A stretch of DNA of 64,000 bases from Sphingomonadaceae bacterium (GTDB lineage: Bacteria > Pseudomonadota > Alphaproteobacteria > Sphingomonadales > Sphingomonadaceae), in assembly GCA_036384795.1 (NCBI GenBank), contig DASVLP010000033.1, positions 1,375 to 65,374 on the forward strand. Reading direction: 5' to 3'. This document shows positions 25,554 through 34,941 of this stretch, one piece after another (position 1 is the stretch's first letter; each line of letters opens with the position of its first letter). The notes under the pieces were generated by a model. That model was not told the DNA's origin. It ran no database searches and saw only the letters and a program-made list of their open reading frames with translations. The translations under genes were made by a program, and so were the position numbers.

Positions 25554-27185
25554 ATGACCGAGACCAGCGCCGCGGCCGCGCATCAGCCGAGCGCAAAGGA
25601 GATCCGCCTGGTGATCGCCGCGTCGAGCACCGGCACGGTGTTCGAATGGTACGACTTCTTCGTTTACGGCACGCTCGCCGCGCTGATCGGGAAAGCGTTC
25701 TTCCCGGCCGACAACGAGACCCTCCAGATGCTGCTGGTGTGGGCCGGATTCGCCGTGGGGTTCGGTTTCCGGCCGTTGGGGGCGGTGCTGTTCGGCTATC
25801 TTGGAGACAGGCTGGGACGGAAATACACCTTCCTGATCACCGTTACGCTGATGGGCATCGCCACCGCCGGCGTCGGCCTGATCCCGTCGGCCGCGAACAT
25901 CGGCCTCGCCGCGCCGCTGATCGTGCTGCTGCTACGGATCGGACAGGGGCTCGCGCTCGGCGGCGAATACGGCGGGGCGACGATCTACGTCTCCGAGCAT
26001 TGCCCGCCCGAGAAGCGCGGGTTCTACACCAGCTTCATCCAGGCCGGCGTCGTCGGCGGGTTCGTGCTCAGCGTGGGCGTGGTGCTCGCCTGCCGCATCC
26101 TGCTGAGCCCCGATCAGTTCAACGCCTGGGGCTGGCGCATTCCGTTCGTGATCTCGCTGGTGCTGCTGGCGGTGTCGCTGTGGATGCGCCTGAAGCTCAA
26201 CGAGAGCCCGGTGTTCCGCGCGATGAAGGCCGAGCACCGGATCGCGGCCAACCCGTTCAAGGAGAGCTTCACTTATCCGGGCAACGGCAAGCGCCTGTTC
26301 GTCGCGCTGTTCGGGGTGACCGGCGCGCTGACGACGATCTTCTACGCCGCCTATTTCTCCAGCTTGTCGTTCCTCAAGGGCCCGATGCGGGTCGATCCGA
26401 CCACGGCGGAAACGCTGGTGCTGATCGCCGGGCCGATCATGATGTGCTTCTATGTCGTGGTCGGCAAATGGTCGGACCGGGTCGGGCGCAAGAAGCCGAT
26501 CGTCTGGGGCAACGTGCTGATCCTGATTACGCTGTTTCCGGCGTTCTGGGCGCTGGGCGCTCTCGCCAACCCGGGGCTGGTGCAGTCCGCCAAGGCAGCG
26601 CCGGTCGCGGTGGCCGGACCCGACTGCGATTACGATCCGTTCGCCAACGTGCAGAAGACCGATTGCGGCAAGCTGCTCGGCGAGCTCACTGCGAGCGGGG
26701 TGCCTTACCGGCTGGCCACCGCCGACGCGCTCGGCCTCAGGGTCGGAAACAACGACATCGCCCTCGACGACTATGCCTGGGGCGATGCGGCCGACAGCAA
26801 GGCGCGGCTCGAGAAAGCGCTCGCCAGCGCCGGCTACGACTTCTCGGTCCAGCGCCCACCGATCCTGCGTGACATCGGGATCATCGCGATCCTGCTGTGG
26901 TTCGGGTTTCTCTCGGCGATGAACTACGGCTCGGTGGCCGCGCTCTTGTCGGAGATGTTCCCGGCCCGCATCCGCTACAGCTCGATGTCGATCCCGTACC
27001 ACATCGGCGCGGGCTATTTCGGCGGGTTCCTGCCGGTGATCGCAGGCTACATCGTCGCCCGCACCGGGGACGCCTATGCGGGGTTGTGGTATACCTGGGG
27101 CTTCGTATTGATCGGCCTCGTCGTCGGCTGCTGGGGCATTCCCTCCGGCCCGCCGAAGGATTTTCCCGAAGGCTCCAGTCTCTAG
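25554..27185 (+). CDS. MFS transporter, metabolite:H+ symporter (MHS)-like, with about a 100-aa internal soluble insertion
   Basis: 543 aa. GTVFEWYDFFVYG and GYLGDRLGRK are typical of MHS. The non-hydrophobic stretch at about residues 339-438 contains two Cys. Confidence 0.8.
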   Translation: MTETSAAAAHQPSAKEIRLVIAASSTGTVFEWYDFFVYGTLAALIGKAFFPADNETLQMLLVWAGFAVGFGFRPLGAVLFGYLGDRLGRKYTFLITVTLMGIATAGVGLIPSAANIGLAAPLIVLLLRIGQGLALGGEYGGATIYVSEHCPPEKRGFYTSFIQAGVVGGFVLSVGVVLACRILLSPDQFNAWGWRIPFVISLVLLAVSLWMRLKLNESPVFRAMKAEHRIAANPFKESFTYPGNGKRLFVALFGVTGALTTIFYAAYFSSLSFLKGPMRVDPTTAETLVLIAGPIMMCFYVVVGKWSDRVGRKKPIVWGNVLILITLFPAFWALGALANPGLVQSAKAAPVAVAGPDCDYDPFANVQKTDCGKLLGELTASGVPYRLATADALGLRVGNNDIALDDYAWGDAADSKARLEKALASAGYDFSVQRPPILRDIGIIAILLWFGFLSAMNYGSVAALLSEMFPARIRYSSMSIPYHIGAGYFGGFLPVIAGYIVARTGDAYAGLWYTWGFVLIGLVVGCWGIPSGPPKDFPEGSSL

Positions 27186-28231
27186 TGCATCCGCTACCGC
27201 CAGAACCCGCCCGCACCCTCCGTCTTCGCCTCGACACTGCCGCGCTGGCGGACAACTGGCGCGCGCTCGACCGCCTGTCGGGCAACGCCGCGGCGGGAGC
27301 GGCGGTGAAAGCCGACGCTTACGGCCTCGGCGTCGCGCACGTCGTGCCGGCGCTGCTCGAGGCCGGCGCGCGGGATTTGTTCGTCGCGCACTGGAGCGAG
27401 GTCGCCGGCGCGCTCGCCCATGCTGAACCGGGCCAGCTTGCAGTGCTGCATGGGCCGATGACCGCCGAAGACGCCGCTTTCGCCCGAGCTAGTGGCGTGC
27501 GCCCGGTGATCAACAGCCTGCACCAGGCGAAGCTCTGGCTCGCTGCCGGTGGCGGCGCCTGCGACCTGATGGTCGACACCGGGATCAACCGGCTCGGCCT
27601 GCCGTTGGCGCAGATCGGCGACCCGCTGATCGACCGGCTTGAGGTCGAAACGCTGATGAGCCATCTCGCTTCGGCGGACGAGGACGTTGCGCAAAATGCC
27701 GTCCAACTCGCCCGCTTCCATGAAGTCTGCCAGGCGATCCCGGCGAAGCGCCGCAGCCTGGCGAACAGCGCGGGGATCGGGCTGGGTGCGGGCTATGCGT
27801 TCGACGTGACCCGTCCGGGGCTGTCGCTCTACGGCGGCATCCCGCGCCCGGAGCTCGCGCCGCACATCCGCCAGACCGCGTTTCCGCAAGCCGCGCTCAT
27901 CCAGACGCGCGAATTGCAAGCCGGAGACAGCGTCGGCTACAACGCGGTGTTCACCGCCGACCGGCCGATGCGGGTCGGCACGGTGTCGCTGGGTTACGCC
28001 GACGGCATATTGCGCTGCTGGGGCGGCGCCTGGCTGGAGCACGATGGCACGAAGCTGCCGCTGCTCGGCAAAGTTTCGATGGACATGGTGGTGGTCGACC
28101 TGGGCGCCGCGCCTGACCTGAAAGAGGGCGACTGGCTGTCGCTGCCTTATGATCTTCCCCAAGCCGCCGCGCGTACCGGACTGTCCCAATATGAACTGCT
28201 CACCCTGCTGGGGGGCCGTTTCGCGCGCTAG
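27185..28231 (+). CDS. alr: Alanine racemase
   Basis: Frame of ORF 26897..28231. A GTG at codon 97 overlaps the MFS stop (TAGTG). AVKADAYGLG is the PLP-Lys motif. Confidence 0.88.
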   Translation: MHPLPPEPARTLRLRLDTAALADNWRALDRLSGNAAAGAAVKADAYGLGVAHVVPALLEAGARDLFVAHWSEVAGALAHAEPGQLAVLHGPMTAEDAAFARASGVRPVINSLHQAKLWLAAGGGACDLMVDTGINRLGLPLAQIGDPLIDRLEVETLMSHLASADEDVAQNAVQLARFHEVCQAIPAKRRSLANSAGIGLGAGYAFDVTRPGLSLYGGIPRPELAPHIRQTAFPQAALIQTRELQAGDSVGYNAVFTADRPMRVGTVSLGYADGILRCWGGAWLEHDGTKLPLLGKVSMDMVVVDLGAAPDLKEGDWLSLPYDLPQAAARTGLSQYELLTLLGGRFAR

Positions 28232-28264
28232 CATTCATGTTGCGCCGCAATTGCTGCAAGTGCT

Positions 28265-28288
28265 AAATGCAGCATTTGGTGCAGCATT
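28265..28288. promoter_or_regulatory. TGC-rich repeat, candidate PhaR autoregulatory operator
   Basis: TGCAGCATT occurs at 28268-28276 and 28280-28288 (12-nt phasing). The first copy lies inside the 13-bp palindrome AAATGCAGCATTT (28265-28277). It is 14-37 nt upstream of the phaR ATG. Confidence 0.3.
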
Positions 28289-28301
28289 GGGAGGGCCGGC
28301 G

Positions 28302-28850
28302 ATGGCGAAGGAACGGGGCGAGGGCGAGCCGGTAATCATCAAGAAGTACGCCAACCGGCGGCTCTACAACACCGCTTCGTCCAGCTACATCACGCTCGAG
28401 GACCTTGCGAAGATGACCCGCGAGGGGGTCGACTTCCAGGTGCTCGACGCGAAGACCGGGGCCGACATCACCCATTCGATCCTGACCCAGATCATCATGG
28501 AGGAAGAGGCCAGCGGCACCGAGCAGATGCTGCCGATCAGCTTCCTGCGCCAGCTGATCGCGATGTACGGCAATTCGATGCAGGCGCTGATGCCGCGCTA
28601 TCTCGAGGCGACGATGGAGAACTTCCAGGCCAACCAGCGCAAGTTCCAGGACATGTTCAAGCAGTCGATGGGCGCCGACGCCTTCGCCAAGATGGCCGAG
28701 ACCAACATGGCGATGTTCAAGGCCGCCGCGAGCGCGTTCATGCCCAAGACCGGCGACGAGCCCGCCCCTTCCAAAAAGGGCGACGACCTGGATGCATTGC
28801 GCGAACAGATGGCGGCGATGCAGAAGAAGCTCGACGAACTGGGGAGCTGA
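28302..28850 (+). CDS. phaR: Polyhydroxyalkanoate synthesis repressor PhaR
   Basis: Met at codon 52 of ORF 28149..28850 begins MAKERGEGEPVIIKKYANRRLYNT, the signature PhaR N-terminus. Confidence 0.9.
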   Translation: MAKERGEGEPVIIKKYANRRLYNTASSSYITLEDLAKMTREGVDFQVLDAKTGADITHSILTQIIMEEEASGTEQMLPISFLRQLIAMYGNSMQALMPRYLEATMENFQANQRKFQDMFKQSMGADAFAKMAETNMAMFKAAASAFMPKTGDEPAPSKKGDDLDALREQMAAMQKKLDELGS

Positions 28851-28915
28851 AGCTTCCGCACTCGACACGCCGCAATGCAAACGGCTAGTGGCGCCTCCGG
28901 AATATCAATAAAAAG

Positions 28916-30466
28916 TTGAGCTCAGTGTCCGCCATCCGCCACGCCCTGTCGGTCAAGCGCGCCGACGATTTCGCGCAATGGTACCAGGAGGTGATCTCCG
29001 CCGCCGATCTCGCCGAGGAATCGGGCGTGCGCGGGTGCATGGTGATCAAGCCGTGGGGCTGGGGCATTTGGGAGCGGATCCAGCACCTGATGGACGCGCG
29101 GATCAAGGCCGCGGGGGTGCAGAACTGCTATTTCCCGATCTTCATTCCGCTCGGCAACTTCGTGCGCGAGGCGGCGCACGTCGAAGGCTTCGCCAAGGAA
29201 ATGGCGGTCGTCACCCACCACCGGCTGATTTCCGACGGCAAGGGCGGGCTGGTGCCCGATCCCGAAGCCAAGCTCGAAGAGCCGCTGGTGGTGCGCCCGA
29301 CCTCCGAGACGATCATCGGCGATGCGATGGCGCGCTGGGTGCAGTCCTGGCGCAACCTGCCTCTGCTGCTCAACCAGTGGGCGAACGTCGTGCGCTGGGA
29401 AATGCGCACCCGCATGTTCCTGCGCACCAGCGAATTCCTCTGGCAGGAAGGCCACACCGCGCACGAGACCCGCGACGATGCGAAAGCCGAGACGATGCGC
29501 GCGCTCGAAATGTACCGCGCCTGCGCCGAGGAAGACCTCGCGATGCCGGTGGTAGCCGGCGAAAAGCCGGAGAACGAACGCTTTCCGGGCGCCGAGGAGA
29601 CCTGGTCGATCGAGGCGATGATGCAGGACGGCAAGGCGCTGCAGGCGGGCACCAGCCACTATCTCGGCACCAGCTTCGCCGAGGCCGCGAACATCAAGTA
29701 CCAGGATCGCGAGGGCACCCAGCAGTACTGCCACACCACCAGCTGGGGCGTTTCGACCCGCCTGATCGGCGGAGTGATCATGGTCCACGGCGACGACGAC
29801 GGGCTGCGCGTGCCGCCGGCGATCGCACCTCAGCAGGTGGCGATCCTGCCGATGCTGCGCGAGGATGACGGCGACGCCGCACTGCTCGGCTATTGTGAGG
29901 AACTGCGCGCGGGGATCGCCGCGCAATCGGCGCTCGGCGAGCGGGTGCGCGTGCTGCTGGACAAGTCGCCCGGCAAGGCCGCGGCCAAGCGCTGGGACTG
30001 GGTGAGGAAGGGCGTTCCGGTGATCGTCGAGGTCGGCCCGCGCGACATGGAAGGGGGCAAGGTCAGCCTGCTGCGCCGTGACCGGCTGTGGAACGACGGG
30101 GCCAAGCCCGACTTCGCCGCGCCCAGCCGCGAGGAATGCGCCGCCAGCATCGCGGCGCTGCTGGAGGAAATCCAGCAGGCGCTGTTCGCCGAGGCGCGCG
30201 AGCGCCGCGAAGCCAACATCACCCGCGGCATCGCGACGATGGACGATTTCGCCGCGTTCTTCGCCGAGGATCAGCGCTATCCGGGGTGGGCCGAAGTCCA
30301 GTGGTCGCGGCCGACCGGCGCGGCGCTGGAAGCCGTGACCGAGCGGCTGAAGGCGCTCAAGCTCACCATCCGCAACGTGCCGCTCGGCGCGCCCGCGGCC
30401 GACGGCGTGTGCATCTTCACCGGCGAGCCGGCGGCCGAGCGGATCTACGTGGCCCGCGCTTACTAG
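28916..30466 (+). CDS. proS: Prolyl-tRNA synthetase, archaeal/eukaryote-like architecture
   Basis: 516 aa with DFAQWYQEVISAADLAE...VRGCMVIKPWGWGIWERIQ...CYFPIFIP...HVEGFAKEMAVVTHHR. The C-terminus ends in ...ARAY. The start may be TTG 28916 or GTG 28925. Confidence 0.93.
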   Translation: MSSVSAIRHALSVKRADDFAQWYQEVISAADLAEESGVRGCMVIKPWGWGIWERIQHLMDARIKAAGVQNCYFPIFIPLGNFVREAAHVEGFAKEMAVVTHHRLISDGKGGLVPDPEAKLEEPLVVRPTSETIIGDAMARWVQSWRNLPLLLNQWANVVRWEMRTRMFLRTSEFLWQEGHTAHETRDDAKAETMRALEMYRACAEEDLAMPVVAGEKPENERFPGAEETWSIEAMMQDGKALQAGTSHYLGTSFAEAANIKYQDREGTQQYCHTTSWGVSTRLIGGVIMVHGDDDGLRVPPAIAPQQVAILPMLREDDGDAALLGYCEELRAGIAAQSALGERVRVLLDKSPGKAAAKRWDWVRKGVPVIVEVGPRDMEGGKVSLLRRDRLWNDGAKPDFAAPSREECAASIAALLEEIQQALFAEARERREANITRGIATMDDFAAFFAEDQRYPGWAEVQWSRPTGAALEAVTERLKALKLTIRNVPLGAPAADGVCIFTGEPAAERIYVARAY

Positions 30467-30525
30467 GGATTTCCTTTTCTAGCGCTATAGCCCCCCCCGC
30501 GTGGTCCTGCGGGGAACCTCGGCGA

Positions 30526-32535
30526 TCACTTGTCCTTCGCCAGCTTGGCTCGGTACGCATCCAGGCTGATGTCGCGCCCGAGGAAATCGTGCACCAGTTC
30601 CGCGGCGGGCTTCGTTCCGCCGGGTTCGAGCACGTCCTTGCGGTATTCCGCGGCAGTCTGCGCGTTGCGCAGCCCCTCCTTCTCGAACCGGGTGAACATG
30701 TCGTCGGCGATCACGATCGACCAGCGGTAGGTATAGTAGACCGCCGAATAGCCGTTGAGGTGGCCGAAGCTGTCCTGCATCTCGACGAAATCTGGCATCG
30801 CGATGGTGTTGTAGGCGTTGCCGTAATAGCGCGCCGCCTCGCCGATGAACTGCGGCACCGGCTCGGTGTGGTACTTCAGCGAGATGTTGGAATAGCCGAG
30901 CTGGCGCATATCCTCGATCCCGAGGTTGAAATAGCGCGCCTTGTTCATCTTCTCCACCAGCTCGCGCGGGATCGGGTTGCCGTCCTTGTCCTTCGCGAAC
31001 CGCGCCAGCGTATCGTAGTCGTAGACCCAGTTCTCGAGCATCTGCGAGGGGGCTTCGACGAAGTCCCACTCGGTAGTGATCCCCGATTCGCCGAACCATT
31101 CGTGAGTCCCGCCGAACACGTGGTGCAGCAGGTGGCCGAACTCGTGGAGGAAAGTCTCGACGTCGCGGTGCTCCATCAGGCCGGTGGTGTGGCCCCCTTT
31201 GGGCAGGTTCATCACCAACGCGCCCATCGGCACCGAATCCCCTGCGATCCCGGCGCGGAACGGCACCGTGTTGGCATGGCTGTACTTGCCGGGGCGCGGA
31301 TGGGAATCGATGTAGATCCGCCCGATCAGCTTGCCGTCCTGGTAGATCTCGTAAGACTCGACCTCCGGATCCCACACCGGGGTTTGCCAGGGCCGGATCT
31401 CCACCCCGAACAGGTCCTCGGCGAGCTGCAGGATGCCGTCGCGCACGTCGTCGTAGGCAAAGTACTTGCGCGCCTCCTGCGGATCGTAATCGTAGTCGCG
31501 TTTCTGGACTTGCGCCTTCAGCCAGCCTTCCTGCCAATATTCGACTTTGGTCGCGCCGGGCCGGCGTTGCTGCAGCATCGACAGCAGCTTGGCGTAATCG
31601 CGCTCGGCCGCGGGCTTGGCCGCGGCGGACATCTGCGCCAGCAGGTCCTCGACCTTCTCCGGCGTGTCGACCATCTTGTCCTCGAGGATCAGCTGCGCGT
31701 AGTTGCGATAGCCCAGCTTCTCGGCGAGCTGCTGGCGCAAGTGGAACAGCTGCTGCAGCACCGCGTCGTTCTTCGGCCAGGCGCGCTGGTTGTAGGCGAC
31801 GCTGAGGTCGTGGCGCAATTTGTCGCTCTCGGCGTACGACATCACCGGCTGATAGTCGGGGTAGGTCGTGGTGATCGTGACCTTGCCGTCTTTGCCGGGC
31901 GGGTGCGCGGCGACGTAGTCGGCCGGCAGCCCGGCGAGTTCCGCAGGCGCGACCTCGATCGACTTCTCGCCGGCGGCGATGTTGGCGTCGAACTGGTTAC
32001 CGAGCTTGGCGATCCGTTCCTGCAGCGCCTGCACCTCAGCGCGCTGCTCGGGCGGCAGCGACACGCCGCCGCGCACGTAGGAAGCCAGCGTGAGCTTGAG
32101 GTAGCGCTGCGTTTCGGCATCGGCATGCGAGGCGTCGATCGCCTTCAGGCGGTCGTAGATCGGGCGCGAGAGGCTGAGCTTGCTGCCGAGCGCGGTCAAC
32201 CGCACCGTGCAATCGCCGCCGGCGTTGCGCCGCGGATCGTCGGCCATTACTTCCTGATAGAGGCCGAACTCGCCGGTCGCGTCCTGGATCAGGCCGTTGA
32301 TGTCGTCGTAACGGCGCAAGGTGCCGTCGATCGTTGCGGGACCTTTCTCGCCTTCCAGCTCGGCTTGGCGGCGCTCGATTTCGCGCGCGATCTTGTCGCA
32401 GCGGGCGTTGAGCGTCGCCGCATCGGGCGCGGTCGCCAGGATCGGGCCGAGGAACGCGTTGATGCTCTCGGCACGCGCCGCGCCCGGCGTGAACGCGGTG
32501 GCGGCGAGCAGCGCGCCCGCGAACGCAATTCGCAT
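30526..32535 (-). CDS. M3-family zinc metallopeptidase (thimet oligopeptidase / Dcp-like), secreted
   Basis: 669 aa with signal peptide MRIAFAGALLAATAFTPGAARA and HEFGHLLHH zinc motif. Confidence 0.88.
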   Translation of the reverse strand: MRIAFAGALLAATAFTPGAARAESINAFLGPILATAPDAATLNARCDKIAREIERRQAELEGEKGPATIDGTLRRYDDINGLIQDATGEFGLYQEVMADDPRRNAGGDCTVRLTALGSKLSLSRPIYDRLKAIDASHADAETQRYLKLTLASYVRGGVSLPPEQRAEVQALQERIAKLGNQFDANIAAGEKSIEVAPAELAGLPADYVAAHPPGKDGKVTITTTYPDYQPVMSYAESDKLRHDLSVAYNQRAWPKNDAVLQQLFHLRQQLAEKLGYRNYAQLILEDKMVDTPEKVEDLLAQMSAAAKPAAERDYAKLLSMLQQRRPGATKVEYWQEGWLKAQVQKRDYDYDPQEARKYFAYDDVRDGILQLAEDLFGVEIRPWQTPVWDPEVESYEIYQDGKLIGRIYIDSHPRPGKYSHANTVPFRAGIAGDSVPMGALVMNLPKGGHTTGLMEHRDVETFLHEFGHLLHHVFGGTHEWFGESGITTEWDFVEAPSQMLENWVYDYDTLARFAKDKDGNPIPRELVEKMNKARYFNLGIEDMRQLGYSNISLKYHTEPVPQFIGEAARYYGNAYNTIAMPDFVEMQDSFGHLNGYSAVYYTYRWSIVIADDMFTRFEKEGLRNAQTAAEYRKDVLEPGGTKPAAELVHDFLGRDISLDAYRAKLAKDK

Positions 32536-32642
32536 GAAATCAGTCCCCCGAGGCGAAAGTATCGCGGGAAACTAGCCGTGGGGGCCGCGATAGGCAATCG
32601 GCGGTGCTTGCGGGAGCGGCCGCCGCCGCCCATATGCGGAAT

Positions 32643-34940
32643 ATGGCTCAGAAACCCCGGCGGCAGCCGCACGGCTTGCCCTCGCGCGAGCAGATCCTCG
32701 ACTTCATCCAGACTTCCGACACCCCCGCGGGCAAGCGCGAGATCGCGCGCGCGTTCGGGCTCAAGGGGCAGGAGCGGATCGCGCTCAAGCGCCTGCTCAA
32801 GGACATGGCCGAAGAAGGCCTGATCGACGGCAAGAAGACCGCGTTCCACCGCATGGGCGGAGTGCCGAAAGTCACCGTGCTGCGCGTGGTCGACGTGGAG
32901 GACGGCGAGGCATTCGCGGTGCCCGACACCTGGCAGGCCGAAGACGGCTCCACCCCGCCGCGCTTGCGGCTGATCGAGCGCAGCGGCGGCAAGAACCGTC
33001 AGGCGGCGCTCAAGCGCGGAGACCGTGTGCTGTCGCGCACCGAGGAAACCGGCGAGGGCTGGATCGCGCACCCGATGAAGGTCTTGCCGACAAGCGGCGA
33101 GGCGCTGATGGGCGTGGTCGAGCTCGATGGCGCGGGCAAGGGCTGGCTCGCGCCGGTCGACAAGCGCGTGCGCAACTCCGCGCCGATCGCGGATCTGGGC
33201 GGCGCCGAGGCGGGCCAACTGGTGCTTGCCGAACCGGCGGGCAAGTCGCCGCGCGCGGGGGTCAAAGTGATCGAGGTGCTGGGCGATCCGCTGGCGCCCA
33301 AGGCGTTCAGCCTGATCGCGATCGCCAAGTACGGCATCCCTTGGCACTTTTCCGACGAGACCCTGGACGAGGCGAAGCTCGCGGCGAAGCTGCCGCTCAG
33401 CGAAGACGCTCGCGAGGATTTGCGGCACTTGCCGATCGTCGCGATCGACCCTGCCGACGCGCGCGACCACGACGACGCGATCTGGGCCGAGCCCGACGGC
33501 GAGGGCGGGTTCGACGCGGTCGTCGCGATCGCCGATGTCAGCTTCTACGTACGGCCTTCCGGTGGTTCGGGGGGCGGTAAGCTCGATCGGGAAGCGAGGA
33601 AGCGCGGCAATTCGGTCTATTTCCCCGACCGAGTCGTGCCGATGTTGCCCGAAGTGCTGAGCGCCGACGTATGCTCGCTGAAAGCGGGCGAGGATCGCGC
33701 GGCGATGGCGTGCCATCTCAAGATCGACAAGACCGGCCGCGTGACCGCGTGGCGCTTCACCCGCGCGCTGGTGCGGATCGCGCAGAACATCGCCTACGAG
33801 GATGCGCAAGCGGCGATCGATAGCGGCTCCGCGCCGGACACACTGACGAACCTCTGGGCCGCGTGGCGCGCGCTCGAAGGCGCGCGGCAGCAGCGCGACC
33901 CGCTCGAGCTCGAATTGCCCGAGCGCCGGGTGATGCTCGACGAGAACGGCAAGATCGCCGAGATCGCGCTGCGCGAGCGGCTCGACGCGCATCGGGTGGT
34001 CGAGGATTTCATGGTCGCCGCCAACGTCGCCGCAGCCAAGGCGCTCGAAAGCAAAGCGCACCCGGTGGTCTACCGCATCCACGAGCCGCCGAGCCGCGAG
34101 AAGCTCGTCGCGCTCAAGGATTACCTCCAGACCTTCGACCGCAAGCTCGCGCTCGGCCAGGTAATCACGCCGGGGCTGTTCAACCGCATGCTCAAGGACA
34201 TCGCCGACGATGCCGAGCGCGCGCTGATCATGGAGGCGGTGCTGCGCAGCCAGACCCAGGCCTATTACGGGCCGAAGAACGCGGGCCACTTCGGGCTCGC
34301 GCTGGGCAGCTACGCGCATTTCACCTCGCCGATCCGGCGCTATGCGGACCTGCTGGTCCACCGCGCGCTGGTCGACGCGTTCGGGCTCGAGCAGCCGGTG
34401 CCGCCAAAAACACTTGGGGCCAAGCTCCCGCCGGCGACCGGCCTTTCCGAGCGCGACCGCGCCGAGCTCGACAAAGTCAGCGAGGCGATCAGCGACGCCG
34501 AGCGCCGGGCGATGGCGGCCGAGCGCGAGACGATCGACCGCTACGCCGCCGCCTGGCTCGCAAGCCGCGTCGGCGAGGTGTTCCCGACGCGGATCACCGG
34601 GGTGCAGAAATTCGGCTTCTTCGCGACCATCGTCGGCCTCGGCGGCGACGGACTGGTGCCGGTCTCGACGCTCGGCGCGGAATACTTCCACTACGACGAG
34701 GGGGCGCAAGTGCTGGCCGGCGAGCGGACCGGCACGCGCTTCGCGGTCGGCGACCGCGTCGAGCTGCGTCTCGCCGAAGCCAACCCGCTGACCGGGGCGC
34801 TGAAGTTCGAGCTGCCCGACAGCGCCGGCGCGCCGGTCGAGCCGCGCGGCAAGCGTCCGCCGGCGCCGCCGCGCAAGGGCAAGTACATTGCCGGCAAGCG
34901 GGGGAGGCCGGGGAACATCCGGCACCAGGGCAGGAAGTAA
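32643..34940 (+). CDS. rnr: Ribonuclease R
   Basis: RNB motif DPADARDHDDAIW, an S1-like C-terminal domain and a basic tail. The start could be 32634 or 32604. Confidence 0.92.
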   Translation: MAQKPRRQPHGLPSREQILDFIQTSDTPAGKREIARAFGLKGQERIALKRLLKDMAEEGLIDGKKTAFHRMGGVPKVTVLRVVDVEDGEAFAVPDTWQAEDGSTPPRLRLIERSGGKNRQAALKRGDRVLSRTEETGEGWIAHPMKVLPTSGEALMGVVELDGAGKGWLAPVDKRVRNSAPIADLGGAEAGQLVLAEPAGKSPRAGVKVIEVLGDPLAPKAFSLIAIAKYGIPWHFSDETLDEAKLAAKLPLSEDAREDLRHLPIVAIDPADARDHDDAIWAEPDGEGGFDAVVAIADVSFYVRPSGGSGGGKLDREARKRGNSVYFPDRVVPMLPEVLSADVCSLKAGEDRAAMACHLKIDKTGRVTAWRFTRALVRIAQNIAYEDAQAAIDSGSAPDTLTNLWAAWRALEGARQQRDPLELELPERRVMLDENGKIAEIALRERLDAHRVVEDFMVAANVAAAKALESKAHPVVYRIHEPPSREKLVALKDYLQTFDRKLALGQVITPGLFNRMLKDIADDAERALIMEAVLRSQTQAYYGPKNAGHFGLALGSYAHFTSPIRRYADLLVHRALVDAFGLEQPVPPKTLGAKLPPATGLSERDRAELDKVSEAISDAERRAMAAERETIDRYAAAWLASRVGEVFPTRITGVQKFGFFATIVGLGGDGLVPVSTLGAEYFHYDEGAQVLAGERTGTRFAVGDRVELRLAEANPLTGALKFELPDSAGAPVEPRGKRPPAPPRKGKYIAGKRGRPGNIRHQGRK

Positions 34941-34941
34941 A

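Noticed and set aside
32560-32592. 8-bp inverted repeat TATCGCGG-N17-CCGCGATA in the M3 peptidase / rnr divergent spacer.
   Set aside because: It is short, GC-rich and expected by chance in a 100-bp GC-rich spacer. I recognise no supporting motif.
30088-32823. 911-aa plus-strand ORF spanning the proS 3' end and the antisense of the M3 peptidase gene into rnr.
   Set aside because: It crosses three real genes and an intergenic region and has no motifs. The M3 frame has a signal peptide plus HEFGH.
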